This document shows, piece after piece, positions 1 to 10,100 of a DNA stretch of 13,126 nucleotides (its first letter is position 1; each line of letters starts with the position of its first letter). The position numbers and the translations under genes are program-made. Source of the stretch: Azolla caroliniana (lineage: Eukaryota; Plantae; Polypodiophyta); assembly GCA_043228905.1 (NCBI GenBank), contig JBHGNT010000993.1:1-13126 (forward strand), written 5' to 3'. Under the pieces are notes generated by a model. The model was not told where the DNA came from. It saw only the letters and a program-made list of their open reading frames with translations, and did no database searches.

Positions 1-1046
1 GCATGATTGAACACAAAAATACGATATCACACGAGCCCGGTATGAACATTTTAATTTACCTACTAGCTCTTCTCAACTCCCTCCTCAAGTTTGCTATTTT
101 CGTCATGTCTCTCGACCTGAGTTTCAAAATCTTGTTTTTTTAATTCCATATCATAGCTAGCGTTGTTAGCTTCGATTTGCATGATTGAACACAAAAATCC
201 GATATCACACGAGCCAGGTATGAACATTTTAATTTACCTACTAGCTCTTCTCAACTCCCTCCTCAAGTTTGCTATTTTCGTCATGTCTCTCGACCTGAGT
301 TTCAAAATCCTGATTTTTTAATTCCATATCATAGCTAGCGTTGCTAGCTTCGATTTGCATGGTTGAACAGAAAAATCCGATATCACACGAGCCAGGTATG
401 AACATTTTAATTTACTCAAGGGCTCCTCTCAACTCCCTCCTCAAGTTTGCTATTTTCGTCATGTCTCTCGACCTGAGTTTCAAAATCTTGATTTTTTAAT
501 TCCATATCATAGCTAGCGTTGTTTGCTTCGATTTGCATGATTGAACACAAAAATCCGATATCACACGAGCCAGGTATGAACATTTTAATTTACCTACTAG
601 CTCTTCTCAACTCCCTCCTCAAGTTTGCTATTTTCGTCATGTCTCTCGACCTGAGTTTCAAAATCTTGATTTTTTAATTCCATATCATAGCTAGCGTTGT
701 TTGCTTCGATTTGCATGATTGAACACAAAAATCCGATATCACACGAGCCAGGTATGAACATTTTAATTTACCTACTAGCTCTTCTCAACTCCCTCCTCAA
801 GTTTGCTATTTTCGTCATGTCTCTCGACCTGAGTTTCAAAATCTTGATTTTTTAATTCCATATCATAGCTAGCGTTGTTTGCTTCGATTGGCATGATTGA
901 ACACAAAAATCCGATATCACACGAGCCCGGTATGAACATTTTAATTTACCTACTAGCTCTTCTCAACTCCCTCCTCAAGTTTGCTATTTTCGTCATGTCT
1001 CTCGACCTGAGTTTCAAAATCTTGATTTTTTAATTCCATATCATAG
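1..1046. repeat. Partial third copy of the 12-mer HOR (matches 9790-10835 and, with 2 differences, 7654-8699)
   Basis: M1 (AATACGA, CCCGG, CTTGTTTT), M2 (ATCCTGA), M3 (CAGAAAAA plus TCAAGGG), M4 and M5 (GATTGG) follow the order of M56-M60. The match ends at the GGTAG variant at 1047. Confidence 0.85.
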
Positions 1047-2748
1047 GTAGCGTTGTTAGCTTCGATTCGCATGTTTGAACACAAAAATCTGATATCACAC
1101 GAGCTAGGTATGAACATTTTTATTTACCTACTAGCTCTTCTCAACTCAGTCCTCAAGTTTGCTATTTTCGTCATGTCTCTCGATCTGAGTTTCAAAATCT
1201 TGATTTTTTAATTCCATATCATAGCTAGCGTTGCTAGCTTCGATTTGCATGATTGAACACAAACATCCGATATCACACGAGCCCGGTATGAACATTTTAA
1301 TTTACCTACTAGCTCTTCTCAACTCCCTCCTCAGGTTTGCTATTTTCGTCATGTCTCTCGACCTGAGTTTCAAAATCTTGTTTTTTTAATTCCATATCAT
1401 AGGTAGCGTTGTTAGCTTCGATTTGCATGATTGAACACAGAAATCCGATATCACACGAGCCAGGTATGAACATTTTAATTTACCTACTAGCTCTTCTCAA
1501 CTCCCTCCTCAAGTTTGCTATTTTCGTCATGTCTCTCGACCTGAGTTTCAAAATCTTGATTTTTTAATTCCATATCATAGCTAGCGTTGCTAGCTTCGAT
1601 TTGCATGGTTGAACACAAAAATCCGATATCACACGAGCCAGGTATGAACATTTTAATTTACCTACTAGCTCTTCTCAACTCCCTCCTCAAGTTTGCTATT
1701 TTCGTCATGTCTCTCGACCTGAGTTTCAAAATCCTGATTTTTTAATTCCATATCATAGCTAGCGTTGCTAGCTTCGATTTGCATGGTTGAACACAAAAAT
1801 CCGATATCACACGAGCCAGGTATGAACATTTTAATTTACCTACTAGCTCTTCTCAACTCCCTCCTCAAGTTTGCTATTTTCGTCATGTCTCTCGACCTGA
1901 GTTTCAAAATCCTGATTTTTTAATTCCATATCATAGCTAGCGTTGCTAGCTTCGATTTGCATGGTTGAACACAAAAATCCGATATCACACGAGCCAGGTA
2001 TGAACATTTTAATTTACCTACTAGCTCTTCTCAACTCCCTCCTCAAGTTTGCTATTTTCGTCATGTCTCTCGACCTGAGTTTCAAAATCTTCTTTTTTTA
2101 ATTCCATATCATAGCTAGCGTTGTTTGCTTCGATTTGCATGATTGAACACAAAAATCCGATATCACACGAGCCAGGTATGAACATTTTAATTTACCTACT
2201 AGCTCTTCTCAACTCCCTCCTCAAGTTTGCTATTTTCGTCATGTCTCTCGACCTGAGTTTCAAAATCTTGATTTTTTAATTCCATATCATAGCTAGCGTT
2301 GTTTGCTTCGATTTGCATGATTGAACACAAAAATCCGATATCACACGAGCCAGGTATGAACATTTTCATTTACCTACTAGCTCTTCTCAACTCCCTCCTC
2401 AAGTTTGCTATTTTCCTCATGTCTCTCGACCTGAGTTTCAAAATCTTGATTTTTTAATTCCATATCATAGCTAGCGTTGCTAGCTTCGATTTGCATGATT
2501 GAACACAAAAATCCGATATCACACGAGCCAGGTATGAACATTTTAATTTACCTACTAGCTCTTCTCAACTCCCTCCTCAAGTTTGCTATTTTCGTCATGT
2601 CTCTCGACCTGAGTTTCAAAATCTTGATTTTTTAATTCCATATCATAGCTAGCGTTGTTTGCTTCGATTGGCATGATTGAACACAAAAATCCGATATCAC
2701 ACGAGCCCGGTATGAACATTTTAATTTACCTACTAGCTCTTCTCAACT
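719..2748. repeat. First copy of a ~2030-bp intra-array duplication (M5 to start of M16)
   Basis: Same ordered variants as 3566-5595 (offset 2847). Examples: the M7 signature ATCTGA/GAGCTAGG/ACTCAGTCC/CGATCTGA, M8 AAACATCC, M9 CACAGAAA, M12 ATCTTCTTT. Confidence 0.92.
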
Positions 2749-3565
2749 ACCTCCTCAAGTTTGCTATTTTCGTCATGTCTCTCGACCTGAGTTTCAAAAT
2801 CTTGATTTTTTAATTCCATATCATAGGTAGTGTCGCCAGCTTCGAATCGCATGTTTGAACACAAGAATCCGATATCACACGAGCCAGGTATGAACATTTT
2901 AATTTACTCAAGGGCTCCTCTCAACTCCCTCCTCAAGTTTGCTATTTTCGTCATGTCTCTCGACCTGAGTTTCAAAATCTTGATTTTTTAATTCCATATC
3001 ATAGCTAGCGTTGTTAGCTTAGATTCGCATGTTTTAACACAAAAATCCGATATCACACGAGCCAGGTATGAACATTTTAATTTACTCAAGGGCTCCTCTC
3101 AACTCCTTCCTCAAGTTTGCTATTTTCGTCATGTCTCTCGACCTGAGTTTCAAAATCTTGATTTTTTAATTCCATATCATAGGTAGCGTTGTTAGCTTCG
3201 ATTCGCATGTTTGAACACAGGTCGAGATGACACGAGCCAGGTATGAACATTTTAATTTACCTACTACCTCTTCTCAACTCACTCCTCAAATTTGGTAATT
3301 TCGTCATGTCTCTCGACCTGAGTTTCAAATTCTTGATTTTTTAATTCCATATCATAGCTAGCGTTGTTAGCTTCGATTCGCATGTTTGACAACAAAACTC
3401 CGATATCACACGAGCCGCAGGTATGAACATTTTAATTTACTCAAGGGCGCCTCTCAACTCACTCCTCAAATTTGGTAATTTCGTCATGTCTCTCGACCTG
3501 AGTTTCAAAATCTTGATTTTTTAATTCCATATCATAGGTAGCGTTGTTAGCTTCGATTCGCATGT
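2749..3565. repeat. Divergent monomer island (end of M16 to M20) containing the only indels of the array
   Basis: Private variants: AACTACC (2749), TAGTGTCGCCAGCTTCGAATC (2828-2848), CTTAGATTC, GTTTTAAC, ACTCCTTCC. M19 is 175 bp (3205-3379) and M20 is 180 bp (3380-3559). Confidence 0.9.
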
Positions 3566-5595
3566 TTGAACACAAAAATCCGATATCACACGAGCCAGGT
3601 ATGAACATTTTAATTTACCTACTAGCTCTTCTCAACTCCCTCCTCAAGTTTGCTATTTTCGTCATGTCTCTCGACCTGAGTTTCAAAATCTTGATTTTTT
3701 AATTCCATATCATAGCTAGCGTTGTTTGCTTCGATTGGCATGATTGAACACAAAAATCCGATATCACACGAGCCCGGTATGAACATTTTAATTTACCTAC
3801 TAGCTCTTCTCAACTCCCTCCTCAAGTTTGCTATTTTCGTCATGTCTCTCGACCTGAGTTTCAAAATCTTGATTTTTTAATTCCATATCATAGGTAGCGT
3901 TGTTAGCTTCGATTCGCATGTTTGAACACAAAAATCTGATATCACACGAGCTAGGTATGAACATTTTTATTTACCTACTAGCTCTTCTCAACTCAGTCCT
4001 CAAGTTTGCTATTTTCGTCATGTCTCTCGATCTGAGTTTCAAAATCTTGATTTTTTAATTCCATATCATAGCTAGCGTTGCTAGCTTCGATTTGCATGAT
4101 TGAACACAAACATCCGATATCACACGAGCCCGGTATGAACATTTTAATTTACCTACTAGCTCTTCTCAACTCCCTCCTCAGGTTTGCTATTTTCGTCATG
4201 TCTCTCGACCTGAGTTTCAAAATCTTGTTTTTTTAATTCCATATCATAGGTAGCGTTGTTAGCTTCGATTTGCATGATTGAACACAGAAATCCGATATCA
4301 CACGAGCCAGGTATGAACATTTTAATTTACCTACTAGCTCTTCTCAACTCCCTCCTCAAGTTTGCTATTTTCGTCATGTCTCTCGACCTGAGTTTCAAAA
4401 TCTTGATTTTTTAATTCCATATCATAGCTAGCGTTGCTAGCTTCGATTTGCATGGTTGAACACAAAAATCCGATATCACACGAGCCAGGTATGAACATTT
4501 TAATTTACCTACTAGCTCTTCTCAACTCCCTCCTCAAGTTTGCTATTTTCGTCATGTCTCTCGACCTGAGTTTCAAAATCCTGATTTTTTAATTCCATAT
4601 CATAGCTAGCGTTGCTAGCTTCGATTTGCATGGTTGAACACAAAAATCCGATATCACACGAGCCAGGTATGAACATTTTAATTTACCTACTAGCTCTTCT
4701 CAACTCCCTCCTCAAGTTTGCTATTTTCGTCATGTCTCTCGACCTGAGTTTCAAAATCCTGATTTTTTAATTCCATATCATAGCTAGCGTTGCTAGCTTC
4801 GATTTGCATGGTTGAACACAAAAATCCGATATCACACGAGCCAGGTATGAACATTTTAATTTACCTACTAGCTCTTCTCAACTCCCTCCTCAAGTTTGCT
4901 ATTTTCGTCATGTCTCTCGACCTGAGTTTCAAAATCTTCTTTTTTTAATTCCATATCATAGCTAGCGTTGTTTGCTTCGATTTGCATGATTGAACACAAA
5001 AATCCGATATCACACGAGCCAGGTATGAACATTTTAATTTACCTACTAGCTCTTCTCAACTCCCTCCTCAAGTTTGCTATTTTCGTCATGTCTCTCGACC
5101 TGAGTTTCAAAATCTTGATTTTTTAATTCCATATCATAGCTAGCGTTGTTTGCTTCGATTTGCATGATTGAACACAAAAATCCGATATCACACGAGCCAG
5201 GTATGAACATTTTCATTTACCTACTAGCTCTTCTCAACTCCCTCCTCAAGTTTGCTATTTTCCTCATGTCTCTCGACCTGAGTTTCAAAATCTTGATTTT
5301 TTAATTCCATATCATAGCTAGCGTTGCTAGCTTCGATTTGCATGATTGAACACAAAAATCCGATATCACACGAGCCAGGTATGAACATTTTAATTTACCT
5401 ACTAGCTCTTCTCAACTCCCTCCTCAAGTTTGCTATTTTCGTCATGTCTCTCGACCTGAGTTTCAAAATCTTGATTTTTTAATTCCATATCATAGCTAGC
5501 GTTGTTTGCTTCGATTGGCATGATTGAACACAAAAATCCGATATCACACGAGCCCGGTATGAACATTTTAATTTACCTACTAGCTCTTCTCAACT
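3566..5595. repeat. Second copy of the ~2030-bp intra-array duplication (M21 to start of M32)
   Basis: M22-M31 match M6-M15 monomer by monomer, with no differences found by eye. The M7 and M8 signatures occur only in these two blocks. Confidence 0.92.
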
Positions 5596-7119
5596 CCCTC
5601 CTCAAGTTTGCTATTTTCGTCATGTCTCTCGACCTGAGTTTCAAAATCTTGATTTTTTAATTCCATATCATAGCTAGCGTTGTTTGCTTCGATTTGCATG
5701 ATTGAACACAAAAATCCGATATCACACGAGCCAGGTATGAACATTTTCATTTACCTACTAGCTCTTCTCAACTCCCTCCTCAAGTTTGCTATTTTCCTCA
5801 TGTCTCTCGACCTGAGTTTCAAAATCTTGATTTTTTAATTCCATATCATAGCTAGCGTTGCTAGCTTCGATTTGCATGGTTGAACACAAAAATCCTATAT
5901 CACACGAGCCAGGTATGAACATTTTAATTTACTCAAGGGCTCCTCTCAACTCCCTCCTCAAGTTTGCTATTTTCGTCATGTCTCTCGACCTGAGTTTCAA
6001 AATCTTGATTTTTTATTTCCATATCATAGGTAGCGTTGTTAGCTTCGATTCGCATGTTTGAACACAAGAATCCGATATCACACGAGCCAGGTATGAACAT
6101 TTTAATTTACCTACTAGCTCTTCTCAACTCCCTCCTCAAGTTTGCTATTTTCGTCATGTCTCTCGACCTGAGTTTCAAAATCTTGATTTTTTAATTCCAT
6201 ATCATAGCTAGCGTTGTTTGCTTCGATTTGCATGATTGAACACAAAAATCCGATATCACACGAGCCAGGTATGAACATTTTCATTTACCTACTAGCTCTT
6301 CTCAACTCCCTCCTCAAGTTTGCTATTTTCCTCATGTCTCTCGACCTGAGTTTCAAAATCTTGATTTTTTAATTCCATATCATAGCTAGCGTTGCTAGCT
6401 TCGATTTGCATGATTGAACACAAAAATCCGATATCACACGAGCCAGGTATGAACATTTTAATTTACCTACTAGCTCTTCTCAACTCCCTCCTCAAGTTTG
6501 CTATTTTCGTCATGTCTCTCGACCTGAGTTTCAAAATCTTGATTTTTTAATTCCATATCATAGCTAGCGTTGTTTGCTTCGATTGGCATGATTGAACACA
6601 AAAATCCGATATCACACGAGCCCGGTATGAACATTTTAATTTACCTACTAGCTCTTCTCAACTCCCTCCTCAAGTTTGCTATTTTCGTCATGTCTCTCGA
6701 CCTGAGTTTCAAAATCTTGATTTTTTAATTCCATATCATAGCTAGCGTTGTTTGCTTCGATTTGCATGATTGAACACAAAAATCCGATATCACACGAGCC
6801 AGGTATGAACATTTTCATTTACCTACTAGCTCTTCTCAACTCCCTCCTCAAGTTTGCTATTTTCCTCATGTCTCTCGACCTGAGTTTCAAAATCTTGATT
6901 TTTTAATTCCATATCATAGCTAGCGTTGCTAGCTTCGATTTGCATGATTGAACACAAAAATCCGATATCACACGAGCCCGGTATGAACATTTTAATTTAC
7001 CTACTAGCTCTTCTCAACTCCCTCCTCAAGTTTGCTATTTTCGTCATGTCTCTCGACCTGAGTTTCAAAATCCTGATTTTTTAATTCCATATCATAGCTA
7101 GCGTTGCTAGCTTCGATTT

Positions 7120-10100
7120 GCATGGTTGAACACAAAAATCCGATATCACACGAGCCAGGTATGAACATTTTAATTTACCTACTAGCTCTTCTCAACTCCC
7201 TCCTCAAGTTTGCTATTTTCGTCATGTCTCTCGACCTGAGTTTCAAAATCCTGATTTTTTAATTCCATATCATAGCTAGCGTTGCTAGCTTCGATTTGCA
7301 TGGTTGAACACAAAAATCCGATATCACACGAGCCAGGTATGAACATTTTAATTTACTCAAGGGCTCCTCTCAACTCCCTCCTCAAGTTTGCTATTTTCGT
7401 CATGTCTCTCGACCTGAGTTTGAAAATCTTGATTTTTTAATTCCATATCATAGGTAGCGTTGTTAGCTTCGATTCGCATGTTTGAACACAAGAATCCGAT
7501 ATCACACGAGCCAGGTATGAACATTTTAATTTACTCAAGGGCTCCTCTCAACTCCCTCCTCAAGTTTGCTATTTTCGTCATGTCTCTCGACCTGAGTTTC
7601 AAAATCTTGATTTTTTAATTCCATATCATAGCTAGCCTTGTTTGCTTCGATTTGCATGATTGAACACAAAAATACGATATCACACGAGCCCGGTATGAAC
7701 ATTTTAATTTACCTACTAGCTCTTCTCAACTCCCTCCTCAAGTTTGCTATTTTCGTCATGTCTCTCGACCTGAGTTTCAAAATCTTGTTTTTTTAATTCC
7801 ATATCATAGCTAGCGTTGTTACATTCGATTTGCATGATTGAACACAAAAATCCGATATCACACGAGCCAGGTATGAACATTTTAATTTACCTACTAGCTC
7901 TTCTCAACTCCCTCCTCAAGTTTGCTATTTTCGTCATGTCTCTCGACCTGAGTTTCAAAATCCTGATTTTTTAATTCCATATCATAGCTAGCGTTGCTAG
8001 CTTCGATTTGCATGGTTGAACAGAAAAATCCGATATCACACGAGCCAGGTATGAACATTTTAATTTACTCAAGGGCTCCTCTCAACTCCCTCCTCAAGTT
8101 TGCTATTTTCGTCATGTCTCTCGACCTGAGTTTCAAAATCTTGATTTTTTAATTCCATATCATAGCTAGCGTTGTTTGCTTCGATTTGCATGATTGAACA
8201 CAAAAATCCGATATCACACGAGCCAGGTATGAACATTTTAATTTACCTACTAGCTCTTCTCAACTCCCTCCTCAAGTTTGCTATTTTCGTCATGTCTCTC
8301 GACCTGAGTTTCAAAATCTTGATTTTTTAATTCCATATCATAGCTAGCGTTGTTTGCTTCGATTTGCATGATTGAACACAAAAATCCGATATCACACGAG
8401 CCAGGTATGAACATTTTAATTTACCTACTAGCTCTTCTCAACTCCCTCCTCAAGTTTGCTATTTTCGTCATGTCTCTCGACCTGAGTTTCAAAATCTTGA
8501 TTTTTTAATTCCATATCATAGCTAGCGTTGTTTGCTTCGATTGGCATGATTGAACACAAAAATCCGATATCACACGAGCCCGGTATGAACATTTTAATTT
8601 ACCTACTAGCTCTTCTCAACTCCCTCCTCAAGTTTGCTATTTTCGTCATGTCTCTCGACCTGAGTTTCAAAATCTTGATTTTTTAATTCCATATCATAGC
8701 TAGCGTTGTTTGCTTCGATTTGCATGATTGAACACAAAAATCCGATATCACACGAGCCAGGTATGAACATTTTCATTTACCTACTAGCTCTTCTCAACTC
8801 CCTCCTCAAGTTTGCTATTTTCCTCATGTCTCTCGACCTGAGTTTCAAAATCTTGATTTTTTAATTCCATATCATAGCTAGCGTTGCTAGCTTCGATTTG
8901 CATGATTGAACACAAAAATCCGATATCACACGAGCCCGGTATGAACATTTTAATTTACCTACTAGCTCTTCTCAACTCCCTCCTCAGGTTTGCTATTTTC
9001 GTCATGTCTCTCGACCTGAGTTTCAAAATCTTGTTTTTTTAATTCCATATCATAGGTAGCGTTGTTAGCTTCGATTTGCATGGTTGAACACAAAAATCCG
9101 ATATCACACGAGCCAGGTATGAACATTTTAATTTACCTACTAGCTCTTCTCAACTCCCTCCTCAAGTTTGCTATTTTCGTCATGTCTCTCGACCTGAGTT
9201 TCAAAATCCTGATTTTTTAATTCCATATCATAGCTAGCGTTGCTAGCTTCGATTTGCATGGTTGAACACAAAAATCCGATATCACACGAGCCAGGTATGA
9301 ACATTTTAATTTACCTACTAGCTCTTCTCAACTCCCTCCTCAAGTTTGCTATTTTCGTCATGTCTCTCGACCTGAGTTTCAAAATCCTGATTTTTTAATT
9401 CCATATCATAGCTAGCGTTGCTAGCTTCGATTTGCATGGTTGAACACAAAAATCCGATATCACACGAGCCAGGTATGAACATTTTAATTTACTCAAGGGC
9501 TCCTCTCAACTCCCTCCTCAAGTTTGCTATTTTCGTCATGTCTCTCGACCTGAGTTTGAAAATCTTGATTTTTTAATTCCATATCATAGGTAGCGTTGTT
9601 AGCTTCGATTCGCATGTTTGAACACAAGAATCCGATATCACACGAGCCAGGTATGAACATTTTAATTTACTCAAGGGCTCCTCTCAACTCCCTCCTCAAG
9701 TTTGCTATTTTCGTCATGTCTCTCGACCTGAGTTTCAAAATCTTGATTTTTTAATTCCATATCATAGCTAGCCTTGTTTGCTTCGATTTGCATGATTGAA
9801 CACAAAAATACGATATCACACGAGCCCGGTATGAACATTTTAATTTACCTACTAGCTCTTCTCAACTCCCTCCTCAAGTTTGCTATTTTCGTCATGTCTC
9901 TCGACCTGAGTTTCAAAATCTTGTTTTTTTAATTCCATATCATAGCTAGCGTTGTTAGCTTCGATTTGCATGATTGAACACAAAAATCCGATATCACACG
10001 AGCCAGGTATGAACATTTTAATTTACCTACTAGCTCTTCTCAACTCCCTCCTCAAGTTTGCTATTTTCGTCATGTCTCTCGACCTGAGTTTCAAAATCCT

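Noticed and set aside
15-139. Internal sub-repeat (2 x 89 bp) or ~10-bp phased A-tracts within the monomer
   Set aside because: Only a short similarity (AAAATCCGAT vs AAAATCCTGAT/AAAATCTTGAT) at a non-89 offset, and the A/T tracts are irregularly spaced. Not supportable by eye.
1-178. Assignment to Arabidopsis CEN178/CEN180 because of the matching length
   Set aside because: Only the length matches. Motifs I recall from CEN178, such as the HindIII-containing AAAGCTTTGAGAAGCAAGAAGAAG, are absent on both strands.
1-178. Tandem 5S rRNA, tRNA, snRNA or spliced-leader gene array
   Set aside because: No recognisable conserved RNA-gene sequence, cloverleaf or Pol III A/B/C boxes was seen. A covariance-model search (Infernal/Rfam) would be the definitive test.
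98-190. CENP-B box at the TTCG motifs (positions 99-102 and 171-174)
   Set aside because: The NTTCGNNNNANNCGGGN core is not met: neither the spaced A nor CGGG follows.
5858-6061. 67-aa ORF from the supplied track (MLASICMVEHK...)
   Set aside because: It lies wholly in satellite sequence and starts at TTG. It passes the length cut-off only because a private A>T at 6016 turns the usual TAA (6014-6016) into TAT. No recognisable protein features.
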